Positions 1-11,100 of a stretch of 30,797 bases of DNA are shown here, one piece after another. This DNA comes from an uncultured virus (IMG/VR IMGVR_UViG_2061766007_000148). Lineage: Duplodnaviria > Heunggongvirae > Uroviricota > Caudoviricetes. The stretch is taken from IMG/VR virus record IMGVR_UViG_2061766007_000148, one strand, 5' to 3'. Position 1 is the first letter of the stretch. Each line of letters starts with the position of its first letter. The translations under genes were made by a program, and so were the position numbers. The notes under the pieces were generated by a model, which saw nothing but the letters and a program-made list of their open reading frames with translations, was not told where the DNA came from and did no database searches.

Positions 1-53
1 AATACTGGTTATGAGTAATTTCCTATGTTATTTATGTCAGGAGAACACGACAA

Positions 54-263
54 ATGAGCGAATATGCGGGGCAGAATAAAATAGCAGAACTTGTATTCTG
101 TATTATTTTATGGGTACTTCCGGCAATTGTAATGATACAGACGGTAACCGATCTCGGAATGTGCGTCTTTGCATTCACCTGTATAACAGGGATATGTTTT
201 ACGGCAATGCAGATTATCTTGGGGGAAAAATCAAATGAAAATACTCAGCCCGAAACGATATGA
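54..263 (+). CDS. Small membrane protein (2 TM)
   Basis: Two hydrophobic segments; upstream AGGAG. Confidence 0.6.
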   Translation: MSEYAGQNKIAELVFCIILWVLPAIVMIQTVTDLGMCVFAFTCITGICFTAMQIILGEKSNENTQPETI

Positions 264-405
264 AAACATGTTTTACATAGATGACGAGGGACATCTTCAC
301 GAGATGACCTTTGCGGATATACTCATCGACACAGTGTGTCAGGTCGGCGGCACATTCTGCGGTGCCGCACTGGTAGGAATGATATATGCCCTGATAGTTT
401 GGTGA
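235..405 (+). CDS. Small membrane protein, 56 aa (not in ORF track)
   Basis: Translated by hand: MKILSPKRYENMFYIDDEGHLHEMTFADILIDTVCQVGGTFCGAALVGMIYALIVW; GGGGG RBS upstream; C-terminal TM. Confidence 0.6.
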   Translation: MKILSPKRYENMFYIDDEGHLHEMTFADILIDTVCQVGGTFCGAALVGMIYALIVW

Positions 406-409
406 TATT

Positions 410-3400
410 ATGTATAAAAAAAAAGAATCAACAAAAATAACAACAACAGACAATAACTCTCTTTTTCACATCGCATTAGTCTGTATTTTGATTTTTGGCA
501 TCGTCGGTATTGTTTCCGCGGACACATCGGTCGCATGGACAAAGGAGATCGGCGATGTCTTAGCAGCTGATATGGCTGAGGATGGGAGCATAATTTATGC
601 GGCAATTGCTGACGGTGCGGACTCTACGCTGTATGTGTATGATTCACAGGGCACACAGCAAAACACATTCAGCATATCGGGAGCCGTTCAGGAAATTGTC
701 TGCACAGCTGACGGGAGCAAAACGGCGCTTTATACTGATGGAAACGAGGTCTATTATATTGACGATGGGCAAATAACATGGACTGAACAGTTTACGGATA
801 TCACGGATATTGATATCTCGGATGTCGGCAACGTGCTGATTGTAGAATCCGGCATATTTCATAAATATCTCTCAAATGGTAATCTTGATTACAATTCAAC
901 TGCGGGCACATTTGATCTCGGAGTTATCGATCCTAATGATGATTATGCAATTGTTCAGTCAGGCACATCTAAACTTGACAAATATGTAATCACGACAACA
1001 GATGATTATTGGGCAGTTAATAATTATAATTCGTTTAATACAAATTTTGCGGATTTCCAAAACCTTTTGATTCTATATACCAATCCGGATCAGACTGAGG
1101 CAATTATACTATCAAATACAACTCTGGGAGATGAACTTTGGGAACAGGTTTATGACTATATTGCCGTTTCAGATTCATCATTGAATACAACAGGGGCATA
1201 TAATTATTTGGATACTTTAGGAGCAGTATGGACAGAACAAACAGCCTCGGCGGGATGGTCTGCAAGACAATCAGCATGTAGTTGGGTTATCGGAGATAAA
1301 TTATTTATTGGCGGCGGATCTACAGGCAGTACTTTAAATGATGTTTGGGTGTCTGAGGATTACGGTCAAACNNNNNNNNNNGAGAACAGGCAGTACTTTA
1401 AATGATGTTTGGGTGTCTGAGGATTACGGTCAAACATGGACTCAACAGACTGCCTCGGCGGGATGGTCTGCAAGACATTCAGCATGTAGTTGGGTTGTCG
1501 GAGATAAATTATTTATTGGCGGGGGNNNNNNNNNNCGGCATGTAGTTGGGTTGTCGGAGACAAATTATTTATTGGCGGCGGATCTACAGACAGTAATTTA
1601 AATGACGTTTGGGTGTCTGAGGATTTAGGTATTACATGGACTCAACAGACTGCCTCGGCGGGATGGGCGGCGCGATATGTGGCNNNNNNNNNNAAGAACA
1701 GGCAGTAATTATTTTAGGGATGTTTGGGTGTCTGAGGATTTAGGTATTACATGGACTCAACAAACAGCCTCGGCGAGATGGTCTGCAAGGCAATTAGCAT
1801 GTAGTTGGGTTGTCGGAGATAAATTATTTATTGGCGGGGGATTTTCAGGCGGTAATTTAAGAGATATTTGGGTGTCTGAGGATTTTGGTCAAACATGGAC
1901 TCAACAGACTGCCTCGGCGGGATGGGCGGCGCGATATGTGGCATGTAGTTGGGTTGTCGGAGACAAATTATTTATTGGCGGCGGATCTACAGGCAGTAAT
2001 TTAAATGACGTTTGGGTGTCTGAGGGTTTGTTGCAAATTCAGCCGTCCTCAACAGGACAGACATGGTTATTCTATAATTATCAAGGCAGTTCTCCGCAGC
2101 ACACACAGACAACATACAATAACGCGGTTGATTTCACAGGCACATATGAACTGCGCACAAAGCCGACATTATCTATCTATGAGTATCAGGCATCTAAAAC
2201 AGTCACAGGAGCGATAGAGTCTATCAGTGTATCGGATGCGGGAGATTGGTTAGGAACAGCAACGGCATCAAGAGTCTATCATGATCAGATTACGTCTTCA
2301 GGATTTGGAACATCCTATAATGCGGTCTTAGGCAGTGAGGGTACGGTATATGGGATAGCGACGGCTAACGAGGCGGCAATGTCCGTTATCGGACAGGGAC
2401 AATATACTGACATATACAGTCAGATCGCGGCGAGAGTGGGAACATACACGGCGGGCGGAGATGTTCGGCATGTGGATATTGCCGGTAATGCATTGTGGGC
2501 AACGTCGGGAGGATCCGACGGCAAGATGTATCTATTCAGTAAAGATCAATCTTCAAATTGGTATCTCGAATATTCCTCAGAAAGCGACAATCCGATAACG
2601 GCGTTAAAGATTGCTACAAGCGGGAATTTTGTCTTGGCGGGTCGCACTGACGGTCTGACATTCTATCAGCAGACATCTCCGGCTCCTGAGCCGAGTACAA
2701 ATACCTTCTGGTTTACCCTTTACGCATACAAAGACAGTGATTCATACAGAAATGTGGGAATAAATGTCTCTATTTACAATAACAATCTATGGAGTCCTTT
2801 TGCACAAGGCTTGACGGATTCCGTCGGAAAATATGTGATTTTGCTCACGGCAGGTCAAAATTATAAATTTGATGTCGGCAACGGTGAAAAGATCATGATT
2901 TATCAGGCAACACCGAACGTGAATTCACAGACAATTTCCATATACTCAAGCCCGATAAGCTCTTCCGTCACATACGGCGCGACATGGGATACACAGGCGG
3001 GCGGAATTCAGTTCAAATATGCCGATTCATCGGGACAGACACAAAATGTGAATGTCAAAATTATGCGGACGGATACATGGGAAACAGTCTATGATGAAAC
3101 GTTTACCGGAACGGAATCGATTAACGAGACACTTCCGATTATCGATGATACTACGTCGTATAAAGTCGAATTTTCGGCAAACAGAGTTTCGGGAGTCACA
3201 AGAAACAACTTCTTTGTCTCGGCATCTCAGGATATTATACCGATTCCGTTGGACAAAAACATCCTCAATGTTTTGTTCTCGTGTCTGCTCATCCTGATTG
3301 CGGGGTTATTCAGCTATATGTCCGCAATTCGCGGTGCCGTGGTTGTCGCGATGTGTGCGATATTCTTCACATACCTCGGATGGCTTACAATTCCGTGGCA

Positions 3401-3461
3401 TTGGCTTATTATTGCGATAGTAATTGCAATGGTTGCGGGATTCACTCAAAGGAGGTCTTAA
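410..3461 (+). CDS. Large secreted, C-terminally membrane-anchored beta-propeller adhesin/spike-like protein; probably one gene interrupted by assembly gaps
   Basis: Signal peptide ending GIVSA; WD40/PQQ-like blades; 48-aa Kelch/Asp-box repeats; beta-rich stalk; about 3 C-terminal TM helices. Frame changes coincide with N runs at 1372-1381, 1526-1535 and 1684-1693. Confidence 0.75.
1228..2025 (+). repeat. Tandem 144-bp coding repeats (Kelch-like GG..W plus Asp-box SxDxGxTW)
   Basis: Unit WTQQTASAGWSARxSACSWVVGDKLFIGGGSTGSxLNDVWVSEDxGxT, near-identical at DNA level; up to about 8 full or partial copies; true copy number hidden by gaps. Confidence 0.95.
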
Positions 3462-3462
3462 T

Positions 3463-3885
3463 ATGATAAAAGGTTATCAAATCGCGATGTTTTTATTCAT
3501 CCTGAACTTGTCCGTGGCTTTGATGTCGGAGATGGCGCTTTTCGGAGCGGCATATCCCGGACTTCAATATTCATCCAATTTAAGCGGAAATTGGACTTAT
3601 ACGTATGATAGTGATACAAACAATTACTATCTTGCAACGGACACCGGATTAATATCAACTGTAAATTACTCTGATTTCCAAATGACGGGATTGGATGAGA
3701 CATCCATATTGGATGTATTAGTCATGTTCGGCAGAGCTTTATATAATTCAACGGTGTATTTGCCGTTCTTCTTACAGTCCTTGGGAATCCCTACCGCGTT
3801 AAGTGCACTGCTGACGGCGCCCGCATGGTTTGCGTACGGTGCGGCAGTATTACAGATAGTACGCGGTGTGATATTTGAAGACTGA
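3463..3885 (+). CDS. Membrane protein, putative envelope/structural component
   Basis: GGAGGT RBS before ATG 3463; N- and C-terminal hydrophobic helices; follows the adhesin directly. Confidence 0.7.
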   Translation: MIKGYQIAMFLFILNLSVALMSEMALFGAAYPGLQYSSNLSGNWTYTYDSDTNNYYLATDTGLISTVNYSDFQMTGLDETSILDVLVMFGRALYNSTVYLPFFLQSLGIPTALSALLTAPAWFAYGAAVLQIVRGVIFED

Positions 3886-3903
3886 AGAAATATTCGGGGG
3901 AAT

Positions 3904-4347
3904 ATGATGGATAAAGAGAAAATAAAGAAAATAACTGCAAAATCAAAAATACCGTTAGTAATCCTGATAATACTCACGGTGTTACAGGTAGGGGTTGTTT
4001 CCGCATTGAATCTGGAAAACATATCAATTCCCGATTACAACTACGGAACATTCACCCAATATTGGTATCACCCGGATGCCGAGGTTTTTGACGGATTCGG
4101 ATTTGCATATTCGATGATAGCGCCATTGACCACTGTTTGGGGAGCGTGGTTTTTCGTGGTCATCTGGTCGGCGATTATATATCGTTCGTATGAGAAAACC
4201 GGCAACATCACGATGCCCATCGTGCTCGGCATCCTGACCTCGACAATATGGGGTGTCCTGATACCGCAGGAAGCCGCGATGGTGTGGACAACCATGCTCG
4301 GTATCGGTATTGCGGCATTGATTGCCAAATACATGTTGGACAGGTAA
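3904..4347 (+). CDS. Signal-peptide, multi-TM membrane protein
   Basis: GGGGG RBS; signal peptide ending GVVSA; about 3 C-terminal TM segments. Confidence 0.75.
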   Translation: MMDKEKIKKITAKSKIPLVILIILTVLQVGVVSALNLENISIPDYNYGTFTQYWYHPDAEVFDGFGFAYSMIAPLTTVWGAWFFVVIWSAIIYRSYEKTGNITMPIVLGILTSTIWGVLIPQEAAMVWTTMLGIGIAALIAKYMLDR

Positions 4348-4366
4348 ACGGATAACGGGGGTAATA

Positions 4367-4534
4367 ATGAAAACAGAACTGGTATTCAGAGATAAATCGG
4401 GAAGGGACATAACCCTTTCCGAAATTGTTGACATGGATGCGGGAGAACTCATCCATGCATACACGGTCACAAAAAACAACCTCATTAGGTTGGGAACATA
4501 CTCTCAATCGGATTGTTTAATAAAGTTCAGATAG
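4367..4534 (+). CDS. Small hypothetical protein (55 aa)
   Basis: GGGGG RBS before ATG 4367; MKTELVFRDKSG... Confidence 0.6.
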   Translation: MKTELVFRDKSGRDITLSEIVDMDAGELIHAYTVTKNNLIRLGTYSQSDCLIKFR

Positions 4535-4565
4535 ATCTGTATTTAGGGAAAAGGGGATTGAAAAA

Positions 4566-5102
4566 ATGAGAGATAATGAGGTACAATTGTATTTGGTGCT
4601 TGATAAGTTGGGATATCCTTTGGATAAACTTAGGAATCCCGACGGAGACGGTGACAAATACCCGGAAAACCGAAGTATTCAGGCAATGATATATCTGTTT
4701 CAAAGATGCGGAGTATCGCTCGGATACGAATTTCAATGGTTGGAAGATATACCGTATTGTTATGATCTTACATGGACATATCGACACTTAAAAAGTGCAA
4801 TAGATTGCTCGGAAAAAGATCATACATGGTACAAAATAGATAATGTAGATCCGACCGTGTTTGAGACATGCAATGCGCTGTTGGAAAATCCGAAATCGGT
4901 AGGTGCAGACAAACCGAAATGGGCGGAATTTCTGTCGGCAATCGATTATCTCAACAAATCGGTAAATCGTCCGTACACCATACAGGACGAAGATGTAAGG
5001 GATTACATCAAAAATTTATACAAAGACCGGATTGAAAAATTTGATTTTTGCTATAAATTAGCGGTATTGCGGTTGGACAATTTTTATGCAATTTCAGGAT
5101 AA
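4566..5102 (+). CDS. Panacea (SocA/DUF4065)/YwgA-like protein, possible antitoxin
   Basis: IQAMIYLFQRCGVSLGYEFQW..IPYCYDL resembles the family pattern LQKLxYxxQ..G..LxYxF.W..GPYS.xL; later WAEFLSAIDYL. The conserved K and G are substituted. Confidence 0.55.
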   Translation: MRDNEVQLYLVLDKLGYPLDKLRNPDGDGDKYPENRSIQAMIYLFQRCGVSLGYEFQWLEDIPYCYDLTWTYRHLKSAIDCSEKDHTWYKIDNVDPTVFETCNALLENPKSVGADKPKWAEFLSAIDYLNKSVNRPYTIQDEDVRDYIKNLYKDRIEKFDFCYKLAVLRLDNFYAISG

Positions 5103-5117
5103 GGGGGAAATTACAAA

Positions 5118-8100
5118 ATGGGACAGGATATTACACCAAACAACGGGGCAACATCAACAACAAACACGATGAGTCCGAGAACATTATCTCCGCAAAGTGC
5201 GGGATCAACGACTCCGACAATAATCAGTCAGTCAAATGCCGACAGAAGACGCAGAGCGATTGCCGAAAAAGAGGCAAGACGCAGAGAAAATTTGGCGGGT
5301 AATGTAGCCAAAGCTGAGCTTGAACGTGAATATAAACGATTAAGAGAAGCGGAAGGGGCGGCAAACAAAAGAGCTGAAGAACGAAAAGCCGCGGCAAAAA
5401 GTGAGAAAGTAACATTTTATTCAGGCGGTGTGAATAGTCCGTTAAAAATCGAGAGAGTGTCCATCGGAGATTATCTCGGAGATCAACTCCAAGGTGCACA
5501 GGCACCAGTAGTTGACCCTGAAGAATTCAGACAGTTTGAGACAATCGGGGATCAGGGAGATTCACAAAATTATGATGCCGCATATGCAGGATTGGAAAGA
5601 CTTGCCGGTTCGGTCAATAAACAACTCGAACAGGAAGCAAAAGAAAAACGATTGATGGAAAATGTAAGAAGTTTTGCAATCCTTACAGGTTCATCAATGG
5701 TCGGTCAGGGCAGTTCATACACTCCGATGACGGTAGAAGCAAGGGAAGCACACCTGAACCTTATTGAAGATCCCACCATTGATACGGATACCAGACAGCG
5801 TTTAATTGAGGATATCAGACGCGATGACGTAAATAAGGGTTACGTCACCGAAGGTGACCAGACCAAACTTATGAATATCGCACTTTCATCAACCGCGCCA
5901 AAAGACGCAAAGCAGTTCGCATTTAACTATCTCGGTGAGATTGGATCAACCGTCGGTAAAGCTGATTTCAACAAATCCGCTGACGCCATCTATGTCTCAC
6001 AATATGACAAAACAACAAAGTCAATGGCGGACAGAATGACAGGTTCCATCTATGATGTTCAGCAGGACAGAACCAGTCCAAATAAAACGGAAAATGACAA
6101 AATCTACACCGAATTAAATGCCAAAGATAAGGCAAGCGACATGGACGCAAATACCCGTGCGGCAGTTCTTGCGAATGTAGAAGGCGGCAATCAGGCATTA
6201 AATACACTCCGCAGAGCAAGAGAAAGCGCTGTCGAAGCGGGAGATGTCGGGGTTCCGGGATACTTTGTCAAAGATGAAGAGACGGGAGATTCCAAATTTG
6301 TCCCCGATAAAAATGCAGGCACGGTATATTATGAGACGGATCCTTTGAAAGACGAACAGGTAAAGCACGCGGAAGCGCTCTTTGCAAAACAGAATGCCGA
6401 AGTTCAACAGAGGATGCTTGACAACCCGAATTATGTTGAATCTATTTTAAAAGTCAACGACGAAAACAAGAGGGATTTGTCATCCGATGCCTTCATGAGA
6501 GAGCAGGCGGCAACGGAAAACAGGTACGGCAACACGGACTGGACAAGTGCGGGAGGAGAAAGTGCGGCGGAGGCGATGGCGGACGGCAGAGACTCCACAA
6601 CATACAGCCGATTTAAAGCCGCACCCGATTCCGCAACCAATGAATATATCCTGATCTCGCGTGACGGCAAACAGAGATACACACTGCGCACGGGAGATAA
6701 CGGCGGCAATTTTGTAATTTACGGATGGTCGGGTGATGTCGTTGCATCCGGAGATTCCGCGGAAGGATTGCCTTCGGCGCTCAAAAACCTCGACATCCCG
6801 TTCAACGAAGATACCTTCAACCCGTATATTCCCGATGCCGACAGTACCCGCGTTATGCTCGATGAGGAGACCGATTTGGGTGACCTCGATACACCGACAA
6901 GGTTCAAGGCGGACACACTCGGAACAATCAGGACAAATGAGGAGATCCGTAATGCCGAAGCAGACCGCAGAGATGCCGAGATGTTGGCACAGTTTAATGC
7001 GGCAAAGAACGGCGCGTCTGACGGATTTGAAGATTATTTCAATACCATAGACGAGATGGGTAATGAACTCGATAATGCGCTTGCCAAGGATAATGCGGAT
7101 TATCAAAAGGCGATGGCGGAGCTGAAAGAGCCGGTGGACGAGTCGGCAATGTCCCGATTACAGCGCTTTGAAGGTTTTGACGGTGCTCAGGATAATTTCA
7201 TGCAGACCGTTGATCGCATGAAAGGTATGCCGGGCACATCCGCAATGCCCGATGCTGGTTACGGAGGAGAGTCCTATGGCGGAGGAGACTTTGCGGGAAA
7301 TGCGGGCGGAGATTTCGACGAGGACGAATACGGCGAAGAAGATTACGGCGGAGAAGGTTACGGCGGTGAAGAACTCGGAGACGGAGATTACGACGATGAG
7401 GAATACGGAGATTTCGGTGCCGAAGGCGAAGACTCGGAAGACGCAGACTACTCTTATGCGGGAGGACAACTCGCGGACAGAGCGGGCGGAGAGGATTTCA
7501 CGGAGGCAGGATTCTCCGACGGCGGTTATGCCGGTAATGCCGGTGCACAGCCGGACTTCGGCGGTAATTTCGCGGATGCCGACAGCGGATTCAGAGATAC
7601 ATCACCGTTAAGAGCGGCGCCGACCGAAAGTTTTCCGGGCAAATCTCCGTTTATATCGGCGGCGGAAAACACCCGCGAAGCACTCAACCTGAAACAGAAA
7701 AACATCTCGGATGTGCCGAAGTACACGGAACGTGACCACACTCTGAAAGAGAGGACGAAAACAATCATAGATCAGATGGATGTCGACAGGGAAATGTCCG
7801 AGATATTACAGAATATCGGACTGCTCACCGAAGGCGGCACGGATTCCGCGGGGAAACCCGTAGGCGGGCTGTATTCGACGACAAAGAAATATTCCGATAC
7901 CGTGGATGAGCTTGTCAAAAGCGGCAATCTGATACCGACAGACACAACCCGTGAAACCATCTACTCGGAGAAGGACAACCCCGACAGAAACGTAGATGTA
8001 TATACTAACCTTATGTGGTCATCGAGAGCAACACCCGAAGCGGTAAACAGGTTCAACGAAGTTGAACAGGAGATGATTAAAGCTCAGGAAGACCTGAACA

Positions 8101-11100
8101 ACGAATATCAAAGACTCTCCGATAAAGCACGGGAAAAAGAGCAGTTGGAGAAAGAGATATACGGAGGAATCCCCTATGCCGCAAAGGAAACTGTTCACAC
8201 GGTTTTACCAGACCCCAATTTAGTCAGAAAAACGCTGAACGTTGCTGACTACTTTACCCCCGGTACGAGACAAATCCGCATGTTGCATGACGATATGGGA
8301 GATGCTTGGAATACCCTGTGGGGAGGAGAGACAAAATCAAAGCTCACCGCGGACTATTGGAAAGATAAACTCGAAAACGGGTCTCCTTTAGCCTACGGAC
8401 TCTTTAACTACGATGATTTCTATGAAAACCCCGTCAGTTACGGTGCCGAGTATGCGGCATCATACGCATTAATGGGAGGTCTCGGTGCGGCAATGAGAGC
8501 GGGGTCAAAAAGATTACCCGGTGTATATCATACTGTCGTCGATCCACTGAAAAACAAAGAACTGATACAGAAAAGCAAAAAGTACATGGATGAAATCACA
8601 GGAAATCTGCCGAGAAGTCCGGTAAGTTTACAATATACTAAGGTAGACTTACCGTCAGGTACGGCTAAATCTCTTTCAGTAGTAAGACGTGTAAAGAATC
8701 TCGATATTGTAAAACCAATAGTTACTAAAGTCAGTGGTTCACAATTCCCTCTCGCCAATAGATTATATTTCGGAGATCCAAAACTTTCATCAGGTGTTCT
8801 TTTAATTGACCAGAACACAGGAAAACAGTTAGAGGCATATATTCCTAAATCAGGTATAGAGACTTCATATGTTCGCGGAGCTGTAAATGAACTATTAGAA
8901 GAGAGTAAAAAGGATCCTACAGATTATATGATGTATGGATTTAAAGATAATGAGTCATATCAGAAATCACTTCAAAATGCACTTGACAGATTCAGTATTA
9001 TAACGGATTTAAATAAACATATTCAACATGCAAGTCCTGTTGTTATTCAGTCTTTGGAACCTCATGTACAAAAAGTAATTTCCGCGAAAAAAATCTTTAA
9101 ATTCCCGGAAAAAGTCAGTAAAGCAATTGTTAAGACTATGAATGAATTCAAAGTTCATTCACAGTCATCACTTACACAATTCGGTCAGGGATGGGAATTC
9201 GGCGGAGGCGGACTGTCAAGAAACCCGAATGATTTTGATTTATTCGTCAAAGACCCAAAGGAATTCATTGAGGCTCTTGCAAAAAGAATTAACGATATAG
9301 AAGGACGCGAAGTTGTGTATATTAAAGGAAATAAACTTCTGTTAAAAGACACAGGAGAGGAATTTTTTGATGCACACTCTATGGAGCAGTTTGGTGCGGG
9401 GGATCTATTCTCCGGCATGGGTATACGGACGGAGTTACCCGCAAAAATCGAGGGTACGGATGTTACAACCACGACCATGGCTCAACAGAATATCAACAAA
9501 GAAACGGCATTATTTAACTTTACACGCCCGAAAGTGTATTTAAAATACTCGGAAGCATTCGGCGAGGGCAAGCCCGGTGTAGGATGGGTACAGCCGCGTA
9601 AAGAAGACCGTGCGAAAGACTTACAGGACTTTTCATTCGGAACAATGGATCAGATTAATCAGATGTTGCTGTCCCCGAATGCAAAAGAAAGAAAAGAGGG
9701 TCTGAAAGCATTAAAGTCATTCCAAAAATTCCTGAAAACCTACGGAGATGAAGCATACGATGCGATAATGGATAATTATGCGCAATTTAAGAAACTGCAC
9801 GGCGGCACAACCAAACCCTTCAAAGGTGAGGTCATCCGCATTGATAAATTCGGCATAAACTCATCACCTGAACAGGGAGAAAAAGCAATTAATGCGACAA
9901 TGAAGACTTTCAAGAAAGATCCTCAAGTAATATCCATTCTTGAGACAATCCGCAATAACCTTAATTCCGATACCGTTGTAGGTGTCCCATTAGGACTGTT
10001 CATGACGGCAACGTATATTCAATCCGTTGCGACAAGGGTTGCAAATAATGAAACAACCCCACAACAGATCATGTCTCACGAAATCATACCGATGCTTGTA
10101 GGTGCAAAACTCAGCGGAAAGAGTCTGATCAAATTCGATGAATGGAATGCTTTCAGAAAGCGTAACAGATACATTCCCCCGACGGTTCTTGCGGAATGGG
10201 ATCTTGTTTCCGGTGCAAGAAAATTCCCAAGTATGCAATATGATTATGATAATCCAAAAATGAGACAGGAATTTATAGATATGTTTGGTCGAGAAGGGGG
10301 CGCAATGAAAAGAATTGAAAACCAAGGCATTGAAGTCTCAGATAATGTCAAAATGGCAGGTATAAGAGTACAAAGTCAACCTTCAGATGAGATTCGTAAA
10401 AATGTAATAACTGTCAGACCGACTAAGTATAAAGAAAGTGATATATTTTCAGGATCACTTAGTCCAGATGAAGCATCTCTGCATTTTGACCGCACCGATT
10501 ATGATTATGATAAAATCAAAAAATCATTTGGTCTTAATTTTATACCCGCCGAATATAAACCCCCTATTGTATATAACACACTGAGTACTCGAGAAATCGG
10601 TCAGGTTCCTTTTGGTATGGGGGAGGCAAAAACAAAAGAGTATATCTTAGAGAATCTAAAACCAGATCAATATGCCGCAATATCTGCAAAAACCGCAGAA
10701 CATAAGAAAATATGGGCTGAAAAAGAGGGAACAACAAGACCTAATAATCAACTCCAAATAATAGATAAGACTGCATTTACCATACACAATGATAAGCGTG
10801 TGGCTGTGGATACATTAGGTGTCATTCCAACAGGGGCTTTGGAAACAGATGTAAAAATTAATGTCTTCAATAAAGGATATACCCCATCAAAAAAAGAAAA
10901 GCACTCCTATAAATTAGATGATTTGTTTACGGAAACTCAGCTTGCATTTTTAGAAGACAATGTATTTTATAAAAGACAAGCATTGTCAGGAATTAAGAAT
11001 CGAGTATCTAAATATATAAATACAAAAGCCAATCAAAAATCGCAACTAAATCAACAAAGATTCAACATGGCATCTAAATTATATGATATGATCCAAGAAG

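Noticed and set aside
1338..1693. Frameshifted pseudogene or three separate adhesin genes
   Set aside because: Every frame change coincides with a 10-N placeholder gap.
1228..2025. Diversity-generating retroelement (VR/TR) or CRISPR array
   Set aside because: The repeats are tandem and coding, without unique spacers; differences are multi-base blocks rather than adenine-specific; no reverse transcriptase or cas gene is in the window.
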